Below, in pieces: positions 46,909 to 57,676 of a DNA stretch of 64,000 nt (its first letter is position 1; each line of letters opens with the position of its first letter). The stretch is taken from the NCBI GenBank assembly GCA_963759765.1, contig CAVXAL010000003.1, positions 1,011,080-1,075,079 on the forward strand, given 5' to 3'. This stretch comes from Candidatus Aminicenantes bacterium (GTDB taxonomy: Bacteria; Acidobacteriota; Aminicenantia; UBA2199). The notes beneath the pieces are model-generated. The model saw nothing but the letters and a program-made list of their open reading frames with translations. It ran no database searches and had not been told where the DNA came from. Made by a program: the position numbers and the translations under genes.

Positions 46909-49171
46909 ATGAAAAAATGGCTGGTGTTGTGTATGGCGCTGGTTCTGGCTCTGAGAGTGCACGCCGCCAAACCGCAGGCGGCGGAATTCTACCGCGGCAT
47001 CGTGTACTATCTCATCGACGATTTGGCTCAGGCCAAAAAATATCTGGATAACTATTTCCGTTTTAACCCTCAGCCCAGCATCCACATCGGCTTCATGCTC
47101 CTGCTGGACAAGGAAAATTGGGAGGCGACCAAGAAATTCAGCGACCATCTGGACAGCGACTACCGCTCGCTGGAGGCATTGATCGGCATCAGCCTGGCTG
47201 TGGCCGATATGAGGAGCAGCACCACCCTCGAAAATCTCACCAAGGCCCTGCGCGTCAATCCGGCCTGCGCCGAGGCCTATCTCTGCCTGGGGAACGAATA
47301 CCTGAAACGCAGGAATTACCCGCTGGCCGAACAGGCCCTTAGCCGGAGCGTCAAGCTGTCCCGCCTGCCTGAGGGTAAAATTATGCTGACCCGATTGTAT
47401 CTGCAGTCCCTGCAGCCCGGGAAAGCCTTTGCCACGATCACGCCGGAAGCGGACAACCAAGCCGCGAATTTTTACTACAATTTTCTGGCGGCCAGCGCCG
47501 GTTTTCAGTTGAGCAAACTGCCGGAAACCCGGAAGTATATGGAAAGGGCTCTGGCCGTTAATCCCGACTCCAAGGATACCCTGCTGTTGAAGGCCCAGTG
47601 GCTTGCCAGAACCGGCGAACTGAAAAAAGCGAAGGCTCTGTTAGAGAACCTGAAGTTTGATTATTACCACCCGGACTACAGCATCACCTTCGCCGAAGTT
47701 CTCTTTCAGTTGCACGACCGCGAGGCGGATAAATACCTCTATGAGGCTTTTTCCCAAAACAAGTGGCACCCCGGCCTGAACCGCCTGCTGGCCTTGAACA
47801 GCCTGAAAAAAGGGAACGGCGCCACCCAGAACTGGATCAACCGGGCGCTGCTCAGCGGCGCCAGCAGACCGGAGCTGCAGAAAGAGTTTCCTTCGTCTAT
47901 CCATTATCCCCAATTCGCTTTTTTGCCCTTTTTTGACATCAAAAAAGTGAGCTGGCTAGCCGGCAACCAGATACCTGGTCGCGGGGAAAAAGGTCAGCGG
48001 CGACCAGGAGGACCTGCTCATCGTTGGCCTGAATCCCCTGGCGGTGCTCAAGGATTTCAAATACAAGGGGAGCATTCAGGATGTCTTCGTTTCCCCCTCG
48101 CTGACCAAGGCCTTTATCTCGACCACAGCGGTGGAAAACGAAAAAGTGTACCTCTATACCCTGCGTGTGTCCGTCAGGAACGCCGTGCTGACACCGGTGG
48201 CCGATTATCCGCTGAAGATGGCGGCGGTGCAGGCGGCCTTTGGTCAGGAGGAACAGGCCGTCTATTTCACCGACAGCAGTGCGGCCGACCTCTTTTTCGA
48301 ATCCCCTTTTTCCTTTTCCGGCGCCTACGGCCAGAAATTTTCCGTTTACCCGCGCTTCCCTTTTCCCGTCTTCGGCTACAATTTCAGCAGCGACCGACTG
48401 CTTGAGATCAAGAACAGTCAGGTACTCCGCCTCCTTTCCATTCCCGACCTGCAGCGCTATCTCTTGGTGGCCGACGCCTATAACCGGGATGCCGAGGTCA
48501 GCCAGCTGATCCAGCGGGGTCAGAAGCTGGACATCACATCTTCCACCTACGTGAAAATCGTGTTCCCCGCATCGCCCTCCCATTTCATCATCTTTTTTTC
48601 TGATTCCAAAAATGCCTTTCAGGCCTTGCTCTACGAAGGCGCCAGCAACAAAACCGTGCGCCTGGACGAGACCATGTTCCTGGGGGAAAACAGGTACGCC
48701 GAGCTGCAGATCATCCATTTTGACCCTGCCAAAAAGGAAATCCTCTTTCTGACCAAGGACAAGGAGCGGGAACTGATTTTTTTTAATTACAGTTCCCTGC
48801 TCTACCGCAAGCTGGGCAGCGGTGTTCTCGGGGTTTTCCTGGACGAGGCGAAGGAACGGGTGCTGGCGCTATCGGAACGGAACCGCTTGCCCTATTACAG
48901 TGAAACCAATCTCGAAGTGGTCGCCCTCAACCCCTATGCCAAGCAGAAGATCAACAGCCGCCACGATTTAATCGATGTCTTCGCCGGTCCGGGCAATGAT
49001 TCGTTCCTGTTTGCCACCTACAACGGGGAGATCGTCAGCATGAATGAGGAGTACAGTCTCAAGTCTGTCGGCCTCTCGTTTGCCGACGTGCCCCACGCCG
49101 AATCCCCGGACGGCAAAACCGTCGCCGCCTTCATCAACGGCCGGCTGTTCGTGCTCAACCGGGACCTCTGA
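46909..49171 (+). CDS. Secreted TPR-repeat protein with a C-terminal beta-rich region; apparent +1 indel near 47974
   Basis: TPR-like helices (EAYLCLGNEYL, ALAVNPDSKD); removing one base joins ORFs 46909..48405 and 48044..49171 into about 753 aa. Confidence 0.7.
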
Positions 49172-49205
49172 GCGGCACGGGGCAGCCCTGCCAAACCTTG
49201 CCGCC

Positions 49206-49739
49206 ATGGGAGCCGTTAAGCCTTTTCAGCCGGTCAAACTTTTCTGCGGACTGATCTACCGCGAGGAGGAGAGGTGCCAGCGGGCCAGAGCGGAGTTGGC
49301 GGGAATGTTTGGCCCCAGCGACAGCGAATCGACGGCCATTCCCTTTTCGTCGACCGATTATTATTTTCCAGAAATGGGCCAACCGCTCTATCGCCGTTTT
49401 CTGTCGTTTCAGGAGCTGATTTCGCCCGAACGCCTGCCGACCATCAAGCGGGCGACCAACCGCCTGGAAAAGGATTTGTCCGAGGCAGGGAAACGCACGG
49501 TCAACATCGATCCCGGTTATCTTTCCGACGTCAACGTGATCATCGCCACCAGCAAGAATTACTATCACCGCGTTCCCCTGCAGCAGGGAATTTACGCCCA
49601 CCTGGAGTATGTCATCCGCCACCGGCAGCCGACGCCCCTGGAGTGGACCTATCCGGACTTCACCAGCGACGCCTATATTGCTTTCTTCAAACGGCTGCTC
49701 GAATTGTTTCGCTCAACCAAAAGAGTACCGCGCGACTGA
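49206..49739 (+). CDS. DUF4416 family protein
   Basis: TDYYFPEMG..L.RRFLSF, RTVNIDPGYL, ATSKNYYHRV, WTYPDF. Confidence 0.8.
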   Translation: MGAVKPFQPVKLFCGLIYREEERCQRARAELAGMFGPSDSESTAIPFSSTDYYFPEMGQPLYRRFLSFQELISPERLPTIKRATNRLEKDLSEAGKRTVNIDPGYLSDVNVIIATSKNYYHRVPLQQGIYAHLEYVIRHRQPTPLEWTYPDFTSDAYIAFFKRLLELFRSTKRVPRD

Positions 49740-49765
49740 CCGGGAGCCCCGGCGCCGGGCCGCGC

Positions 49766-50392
49766 TCAGGTGTTTTCCAGAACAATGCCTTCGCAGATGT
49801 CGGCCACATCCTCGCAGCGGTCGGTTGCCCGCTCGATGTATTCCAAAATGTCCTTCCAACGGATCAGCTCGCGGACGTCTTTCTCCTCGCGAAACAGCCG
49901 GGCCAGAGTGGAGCGGCGAATGTAGTCCGCCTGACCTTCCAGGTGGTTGATCTCCACGGTGAGGGCCATCAGCTGCTCCCGTTTCTTCAGGTCGTGCAGC
50001 AAGGCGACCATCTGCTGGACCAGCTTGACGCTTTCCAGCAGCACGGCGGTGAGCTGGATGGCTTCCTGGGGAACGGCCTGCGGGCAGTAAAGATCGATAC
50101 GCGAGCTGGCCGCTTCGGTGAGGTCGAGGATGTCGTCCAGACGGCTGGCCAGCCGGTGGATGTCTTCACGATCAATGGGCGTGACGAACGTCTTGTGCAG
50201 ATGGGACATCAACGTGTGCACGAGTTGGTCGGTCTCATGCTCCAGGGTTTTCATACTCAGCGCGTATTCGCAGTTCTTGCCGCGTTCGGCCAGCATTTGC
50301 GCCAGCATCTGCGCTCCTTTATGGATGTTGGTGCTGATGCGGTCGAAAAGGTCGAAAAACAATTTGTCTTTGGAAACCAACGATTTGAACAT
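49766..50392 (-). CDS. DUF47 / PhoU-like Pit accessory protein
   Basis: LEHETDQL, FVTPIDREDIHRLASRLDDILD, LEGQAD, ILEYIERATDRCEDVA; SD AAGGAG. Confidence 0.9.
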   Translation of the reverse strand: MFKSLVSKDKLFFDLFDRISTNIHKGAQMLAQMLAERGKNCEYALSMKTLEHETDQLVHTLMSHLHKTFVTPIDREDIHRLASRLDDILDLTEAASSRIDLYCPQAVPQEAIQLTAVLLESVKLVQQMVALLHDLKKREQLMALTVEINHLEGQADYIRRSTLARLFREEKDVRELIRWKDILEYIERATDRCEDVADICEGIVLENT

Positions 50393-50475
50393 GCCTGCAA
50401 CTCCTTGGACGCGTGCCTTGGTCAATATAAAATAGAACATATTTCCTTGGGAAAGTCAAAGCCGGCCGCCGCGTA

Positions 50476-52445
50476 TCAAGCGAGTTCCAGCAGCAGGTTT
50501 TTCAGGTAGGTGATGCGGTCGCGGAGTTGAGCCGCGCCCTTGAAGTCTAAAGCGGTGGCTTTCTGCTTCATCCGGACGGTCAAACGCTCGATTTCATTTT
50601 TCAGCGTCTCCTCGCTGCGAAAATCCGCTTTCAGTTCCTCTTCGGTCTTGCGAATCCAGTAATCGTCATCGGAGAAGTCCTTAATGGGACTGCGGATGGA
50701 AGCGGGGGTGATGTCGTGGCACTGGTTGTACTCCATCTGGAATTGCCGGCGGCGCTGGGATTCGGCCATGGCCCGGCTTAGTGATCCGGTCATGGACCGG
50801 CCGTACAGGAGCACCCGGCCCTCGACATGGCGGGCCGCCCGGCCAAAGGTCTGGATCAGGGAGGTCGTGGAGCGCAGAAAGCCTTCCTTGTCGGCGTCGA
50901 GGATGACCACCAGACAAACCTCGGGCAGATCCAATCCCTCGCGCAGCAGGTTGATGCCGATCAGCACGTCGATCTCGCCCGCGCGCAGCCGCTTGAGGAT
51001 CTTGACCCGGTCCAGCGTCTTGATCTCGGAATGCAGATAGGTGCAGCGGATGTTCTTGAGGGAAAGGAAAGCGCTCAGCTTCTCGGCCATTTTCTTGGTC
51101 AGGGTGGTAACCAGCACCCGGCCGCGCCTGACCGTTTTCTGAATTTCGAGGATCAGGTCGGCCACCGGGTCGCTGACCGTGCGCAGTTCCAGGGCCGGGT
51201 CGAGCAATCCGGTGGGTCGCACCAGTAACTCGCGGACCTGGCCCCGGGAGTCCTGAATCTCGTATGCGGCGGGAGTGGCCGACACGTAAAGCACGCGCGC
51301 CAGCTTGGCGCGAAATTCGGCGAAATTGAGTGGCCGGTTCTCCAATGCGGTGGGCAGGCGGAAACCGTACTCGACCAGCTTCAGCTTGCGCGAGCGGTCG
51401 CCTCCGTACATGCCGCTGACCTGGGGCACCGTGATGTGGGACTCGTCGATAATCATCAGATAGTCGCGGGGGAAGAAATCGAGCAGCGTGCAGGGGGGCT
51501 CTCCCAGACAGCGGCCGCTTAAATAATAGGAGTAATTTTCGATTCCGGGGCAGAAGCCAAACTGCTCGAGCATTTCCAGGTCGTAAAGCGTCCGCTGGCT
51601 CAGCCGTTCGGCGTAATCGGGCTTGCCCTCACGGCGGAAGAAGCGCAGCCGCTCATCCAGTTCCTCCCGGATGCGCGGGATGACTTCGGACACGCGCAAA
51701 CGGTTGTAGAAAAAATAGGAGATGGGGAAGATGGCAACGCGCTCCAGCTGCCGCAGCACCTCGCCGGTGATGGGGTCGAAGACAGCGATCTCGGCGATCG
51801 TTTCCTTTTCCATGGTCAACCGGACGGGATTCTCTTCGCTGGTGGGGAATATTTCCACCATCTCGCCCCGCACCCGGAATTTTCCGGACTCGATCAGATC
51901 CGGGTCCTTTCGTAACCGAGGGCGACGAATTCGCGCAGCAGCGCCTCGCGGTCACGGCGATCGTGCAGGGAATAGGCGAGGCGCTGCGTGAAGAAGTCGT
52001 CCGGAGAACCGATGTTGTAGATGGCGGAAACCGATGCCACGATCACCGTGTCGCGGCCCTCCAGAAGGTGGCGCGTGGCCTCCAGGCGCAACCGCTCCAA
52101 CTCGGGGTTGATGGAGACTTCTTTGGCGATGTAGAGGTTTTTCTGGGGGACATAGGCTTCGGGTTGGTAGTAATCGTAGTAGCTGATAAAATAGCCGACC
52201 CGGTTGCGCGGGAAGAAACCGCGGAACTCCTGGTAGAGCTGGGCGGCCAACGTCTTGTTGGGCGCCAGAACCAGCGTCGGTACACCCAGCCGTGCGATGA
52301 TGTTGGCCATAGAGAATGTTTTACCGGAACCGGTCACCCCGAGCAGGACCTGCCGAGTCGCCCCGCAGCCAAAACGGTCTACGAGGGTCTCCACCGTTTC
52401 AGCCTGGCCGCGGGTGATGCGATAGGGAGAGGTCGACTCAAACAT
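50476..52445 (-). CDS. uvrB: Excinuclease ABC subunit B; apparent -1 indel at 51902-51904
   Basis: LLGVTGSGKT, APNKTLAAQL, FISYYDYYQPEAY, IIDESH, GINLLREGLDLPEV, IQTFGRAARH, C-terminal UVR domain; about 656 aa when rejoined. Confidence 0.95.
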
Positions 52446-52451
52446 CGGTTT

Positions 52452-52460
52452 ATTGTAGCA
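52452..52460 (-). promoter_or_regulatory. Extended -10 promoter giving a probably leaderless uvrB mRNA
   Basis: Minus strand TGC-TACAAT (52460-52452), 6 nt, ATG 52445. Confidence 0.6.
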
Positions 52461-52499
52461 CAGGACTCTGCGCCCGCCACAGCGACGTGAGCGGCAAGA

Positions 52500-54399
52500 T
52501 CAACAGGGGGCGTATTTTTTGCGATTGCGATCGTCAATCAACAAGAAATGGCGCAGCGCCTTTTTGAGCACGCGCTCCGTCAGATTCTTGACTTGGGAGG
52601 GCTTCAGGGCCTGTTGGCCCTTCCGCAAGATCAGGATCAGGTAATTTTTCTGATTCCATTCGAAGCGGGTGAAGTAAACCTTCGCCTCCTTCTGGCTGCG
52701 GATAATGGCCTCCAAAATTTTTTTATCGCGGCTATAGGATATAATGAAAACGGTGCTGTCCTGAAACGGCCGGTCCGAAGAATGGATGTTCTTCTGGTTG
52801 ACCACGGTCAGCTCCGGATCGCTGCCGGCCGCCTTGACCGTTTCGCAGCAGAGCTTGATGATGGCGGCAATGATCGGCACCGGCGTCTCCAGGCGGTACA
52901 GCTCGTCGATATTGAAATAGATTTCTTTGATCAGCAAGGGGTTGACGGTTTTCAACAGGGCGCGCAATTCGCTCAGAGTCTGCAGGTTCCTTTTCTCGCA
53001 ACCCTTCGTCGAAATCGCGGATCTCTCCGTAGACCTTCCGGATGATCCCCTTGAGGTTGTCAAAAATTGCGGCAATGGAGGGAAACTCGGCCAGGCGGAT
53101 CTGCAGGTTGATGATGCTCACCTCAACTCCGCTCTTGTAGGTCCGGGGCGGGACGGACGAATAGATATCCAGGCCGCGGTGATTTTCCAGCTTGCGGATC
53201 AGGAGATTCAGCCACTCCTGTCTGGGTTGGAAGGTCACGATGAAGAGCTTGGTGTGCAGCAGGAACTCGGTTTTCTTCTCGACGTGAATGAACACCTGCC
53301 TCATGCCGGTGCGCTGCAGCTCTTCCATCAGGAAGGGAATGATGGCCCGCGCGTAATGTTCGAAACCGCCGATCGCCTTGACCTGGGAAAACTCTTCATC
53401 GGTGGCAATCCGAATCTGCTTGGCCAGGGAATGTTCCAGCGATTTGATGACCGCCGGGTTAAGCGGGTTCTCCTCGCTGTCGACGATTTCGATGCGGTAG
53501 ACCAGAATGCCTTCCCGGGTGACGAAACTCTTGTGGTATTTGATGATATGGCCCGGGACAATGAACTCCAGGGTTTTCAGGAAGTTTTCCACGGAAAAGC
53601 TGCCTTCCCAGCAGGCGAACGTGATGCCGGTCAGCCGCTCGTCGAGTGTTTCGAAATTCTTGATTTTGATTTTTCGGGTCGCCTGTCCTACGCGCAGCGC
53701 CTGCTGGAAGCGGTAGTTGTCGATGATGAATTCGGCCAGATTCGCGGGCTTGCGTTCTTCGAGGTACTCGCGCGAACGCGAGGAGAAGAACTTCAGGGCT
53801 TCGCCGTTTTCCCCGGTCAGGTTCTGGATGTCCTCTTCCTTGTACGTTTTTTGGATGCGTTTGACCACATCGTTGTAAATTTCGAACTTGATGGTCTCGT
53901 CCGCCAGCAGCAGGGTTTTGCTGCGGCTGCCCAACGCGGCCTGGCGGATCAGGGAGGTCAGGTTGCTGCGCTCCAGCCGGAAACGGTTGTAATCCTCCGC
54001 GTTGGCGAGCACAAAGGCCAGCAGGACGATCCCCACCGAGGTTTGTTCGAAGGGCAGGGTGAGCCCGCGCAGGAAGAGCACGTTGCCCACCTTCTGGTGG
54101 ATGATGCCCAGAATGGAATTGGACATGCCGGACCAGTCTTCGGCCAGGGCGGCAAGCATGAATGTGGCCGGCAGCTTCGTTCCACCCACTTCTTCGAAGA
54201 AGATCACCACATTTTTCTGGGAATGCTCGTAGTTATGGAGCAGGCGGATGAGCACCGCCCGCTGCTCGGCAAGAGGGAAAAGCTGCTGGGAATCCTCGAT
54301 GCGCGTCAGAATGGTGCGTATTTCGGCGTTGGAGATTTTTATTTTTTTACTCTTGAGGATTGTTTTCAGTTCGGCAATTTTGCTGTTGGACCAGCTCAC
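52500..54399 (-). CDS. Hypothetical cytoplasmic protein with tandem ACT-like domains; apparent -1 indel at 52991-52994
   Basis: Joining ORFs 52732..54399 and 52500..53075 gives about 633 aa; segments resemble GlnD/NAD-GDH ACT domains; no catalytic motif recognised. Confidence 0.6.
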
Positions 54400-54405
54400 A
54401 TCGCC

Positions 54406-54490
54406 ACTGTAGCGGAGCAGCGGTAAAATGTCAAGCGGCCACTGCCGTCGGCCGCAGCGCCTTGACTTGGGAAGCGTCGCCGATTAAGAT
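54406..54490. promoter_or_regulatory. Back-to-back divergent sigma70 promoters (ACT-like gene on minus, ispD-fumC on plus)
   Basis: Minus: TTGACA (54434-54429), 17 nt, TACAGT (54411-54406), 6 nt, GTG 54399. Plus: TTGACT, 17 nt, TAAGAT (54485-54490). Confidence 0.65.
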
Positions 54491-54507
54491 AAACTCAAAG
54501 GCTGTGC

Positions 54508-55268
54508 ATGGGCAAGCGACAGGTTTATGTGGTGATCCTGGCTTCGGGCAAGGGAGAGCGGCTGGCCGCGCGTCGACCCAAGCAGTTCCTGCCCCTGGGC
54601 GGAAACCCCTGATCGAGTATTCCCTGCGGACATTCGAAGATCATCCTCGCATCGACCGGATCCTGATCGTCTGCCACTCCCATTACCTGCAGTGGCTCCG
54701 CACTTGGGTGCAGCGCAGAAAGTTTCGTAAGATACGGGGAATCGTTGCTGGCGGCCGCACCCGCCAGCAGAGCTCCCGTCTGGGAATCCGGGCTCTGGCC
54801 ACAGCGGCTGCCGACGACTGGGTTTTGATTCACGATGCAGCCAGGCCCCTGATCAACTCGCGGCTCATCGACCGCTGCCTGGCAGCTTTAAAAAAGAGTG
54901 CCGCGGTGGTCCCGGCCGTATCCTGCGGCGATACGATGGCGCAGATTGGAGCTAACCACAGGGTTGTCCAGATGCCGGAGCGCACCGCCATGGTGGCTCT
55001 GCAGACGCCCCAGGGTTTTCACCTGGAGTTGATTCGCCGGGCGCACGAGTTGGCGGCCAAGCGCCACACCCTCCAGTTCAACGACGACAGCGGCCTGGTC
55101 TGGCACTGGGGGTTGGACAGGGTGACCGTGATAGCCGGCGAGGAGCAAAACATCAAAATCACGTTGCCGCAGGACTGGCAGCTGGCCGAGTTGCTTCTGC
55201 TCAAGACTCAGGGCCAGGCAAAGAAAAGCAGGAAAAAAGAAAAGGTGAGGATCAGCCATGGGGAATAA
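54508..55268 (+). CDS. ispD: 2-C-methyl-D-erythritol 4-phosphate cytidylyltransferase; apparent -1 indel at 54603-54605
   Basis: VVILASGKGERL..PKQFL in one frame, then KPLI, GGRTRQQS, IHDAARP, LQTPQGF, NDDSGL, NIKITLPQD. Confidence 0.92.
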
Positions 55269-56676
55269 AGAGATCGAGCGTCTGGAAAAAGATTCGCTGG
55301 GGGAGGTGCGCATACCGGCCGGAGCCTACTGGGGCGCGGAAACCCAGCGAGCTCTGGAGAATTTTCCCATCAGCGGTTTCCGCTTCACCGGCGGTTTCCT
55401 CCGCAACCTGGCCCTGATCAAAATGGCGGCCGCCCAGGCCAATATGAAACTCGGACTGCTGGATCGACAGCGCGGCCAGGCCATTTCGCGGGCGGCTGCC
55501 GAAATCAGGGAAGGGCAGTGGCTGGAACAGTTCCCGTTGGATATCTTTCAGACCGGGTCCGGCACGTCGACCCACATGAACATCAACGAGGTCATTGCTG
55601 GACGTGCCAATGAACTGCTGGGTGGAGGGATCAACGCCAAGAAACCGGTCCATGCCAACGACCATGTCAATATGGGCCAGTCGAGCAACGATGTCATACC
55701 CAGCGCCATCCATATCACCGCCTTTCTGGAAATAAAGCAAAAACTGCTGCCGGTGCTGCGCGGCCTGCAGCGCAGCCTGGCCGCCAAAGCCCAGCAGTTT
55801 CAAGACGTGCTCAAGAGCGGTCGCACCCATCTGCAGGATGCCACGCCCATCCGTCTGGGCCAGGAGTTCGGCGGTTATGCCTCTATGGTGAGCAAGGGAA
55901 TCGAACGGCTCGAACATGCCCTGCCCGGTCTCTGCGAGCTGGCCCTGGGCGGCACGGCTGTGGGTACCGGCATCAACGCCCATCCCCGTTTCGCCAGGCT
56001 GACCATCGCCCGTATCAACCGCCTGAGCGGTTGCCGCTTCCATGAGGCGGACGACCATTTTGAGGCCCAGGCCGCCCGGGAAGCCGTGCTGGAAACCAGT
56101 GCCACGCTGAGGAACCTGGCCGTTTCGCTGATGAAGATCGCCAACGACATCCGCTGGCTGGGCTCGGGCCCGCGTTGCGGCATCGGTGAAATTATCCTGC
56201 CTGCCGTACAGCCGGGCTCTTCCATCATGCCGGGCAAGGTCAATCCGGTAATGGCCGAGGCGCTGCTCCAGGTCGCCACCCAGGTGATCGGCAACGACAC
56301 AGCCATCGCCCTGGCCGGTCTTTCAGGGAATTTCGAACTGAATGTGATGATGCCGCTGCTGGCCCATAACCTGCTGCAGTCGATCGACATCCTTTCCCGT
56401 TCCGTCGAACTGTTCACCCGCAAGTGCGTGCGGGGATTGCGGGCTGACCGGAAACGCTGCTGGGAAATGGTGGAAAAGAACCTCTCCCTGGCCACCGCCC
56501 TTTCACCCCATATCGGCTACGAGCGGGCCGCCAAAATCGCCTGGGAAGCCCATGCCCGGGGGATATCTGTCTGGGAAGCGGTCAGCAGAAAAAAGATTTT
56601 TTCCGAAGATCAGTTGAAGGTGCTTCTCGATCCCTGGCGCATGCTGGGTTCAAAAAAAAGAAAGAAATTCAAGTAA
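55258..56676 (+). CDS. fumC: Class II fumarate hydratase
   Basis: QTGSGTSTHMN, NDHVNMGQSSND, GRTHLQDATP (His distinguishes it from AspA), GSSIMPGKVNPV. Confidence 0.93.
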   Translation: MGNKEIERLEKDSLGEVRIPAGAYWGAETQRALENFPISGFRFTGGFLRNLALIKMAAAQANMKLGLLDRQRGQAISRAAAEIREGQWLEQFPLDIFQTGSGTSTHMNINEVIAGRANELLGGGINAKKPVHANDHVNMGQSSNDVIPSAIHITAFLEIKQKLLPVLRGLQRSLAAKAQQFQDVLKSGRTHLQDATPIRLGQEFGGYASMVSKGIERLEHALPGLCELALGGTAVGTGINAHPRFARLTIARINRLSGCRFHEADDHFEAQAAREAVLETSATLRNLAVSLMKIANDIRWLGSGPRCGIGEIILPAVQPGSSIMPGKVNPVMAEALLQVATQVIGNDTAIALAGLSGNFELNVMMPLLAHNLLQSIDILSRSVELFTRKCVRGLRADRKRCWEMVEKNLSLATALSPHIGYERAAKIAWEAHARGISVWEAVSRKKIFSEDQLKVLLDPWRMLGSKKRKKFK

Positions 56677-56808
56677 TTTTTCTTTTTCATCTAACCAGAC
56701 ACCCCTGACCGGGATATAATGGGTGTGAACGTTGAATACGCATGCGCAACGATGACCGTGCCCCTGCCGGCACCAACCACGGCCTGTTGCCGGATGACCG
56801 CCGCTGAT

Positions 56809-57318
56809 ATGAGCAAAAGCGAGCAAACACCGCTGGCCAGGGAAAGGTTCTGGGAATATGTGGAGCCCGTCCAGCAGAAACTGTACAATTTCATTCTCAA
56901 GTCGCTCAATTTTTCCGAGGATGCCAAGGATGTCTTTCACAACGTCGTGCTGCGCGGCTGGACCTATTTTCATTCCTTCCAGCCGGACAAGAATTTCTGC
57001 GCCTGGATCTACGCCATCGCCCACAACGAAATCAAGAAGCACTATAAGAAAAACGCGCGCCAGCTGCCGCTGCCTGATCCCGATTTGCTGGCAGCCGAAA
57101 ACAGTCCCCGACCGACCCAACAGGCGGTCGACGTCTATGTTTATGCCGAGCAGTTGAAGCCGAAACAGCGCGAGGTTTTTTTTCTCTATTACTACAACGG
57201 TTTTGCCGTTGCGGAGATTTCGCGCATCACCGGGCTGGGGGAGGGCAACGTCAAGTTCATCCTCAGCCAGGCGCGGCAAAACCTGAAAAAGCTTTTGGGA
57301 GAAGCCAATGAAATCTGA
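56809..57318 (+). CDS. ECF sigma factor (start uncertain, 56752 or 56809)
   Basis: Region 2 DAKDVFHNV..WIYAIAHNE; region 4 LKPKQREVFFLYY..IS..GNVKFILSQARQNL. Confidence 0.9.
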   Translation: MSKSEQTPLARERFWEYVEPVQQKLYNFILKSLNFSEDAKDVFHNVVLRGWTYFHSFQPDKNFCAWIYAIAHNEIKKHYKKNARQLPLPDPDLLAAENSPRPTQQAVDVYVYAEQLKPKQREVFFLYYYNGFAVAEISRITGLGEGNVKFILSQARQNLKKLLGEANEI

Positions 57319-57676
57319 AAACGATCGTCTGGATGACAAGATCAGCTCGCTGGTTCGCAGCCTGGAGCATGAAATCCCGGCCGGACTGGAACAGGAAGCG
57401 CGTCGGGCCGTTCAGGTTAAGACCCCTCAGCCACACCTCTTTTTGCGCCATCCCTTGCTCTGGGCCACCGGTCTGGCCAGCGCCGCTCTGCTGCTGGTGG
57501 GCATGCTTTTCCTCTATCCCCAGTTGAAGAAGAAACCGGAGCCGCTCATTTCCGAGATCCGCACCGAGTTCGAAATTAAAGATAAAAACATCAAAATCAT
57601 CTGGATCCAGAAGAAGGATTTTGAGTTAAGAACCGCTTCCCTTTGGGAAAGCAAACCACCAAGGAGGATTGAATGA
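57308..57676 (+). CDS. Putative single-TM anti-sigma factor
   Basis: Overlaps the sigma stop; short N-terminal helices, one TM segment, small C-terminal domain. Confidence 0.65.
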   Translation: MKSENDRLDDKISSLVRSLEHEIPAGLEQEARRAVQVKTPQPHLFLRHPLLWATGLASAALLLVGMLFLYPQLKKKPEPLISEIRTEFEIKDKNIKIIWIQKKDFELRTASLWESKPPRRIE

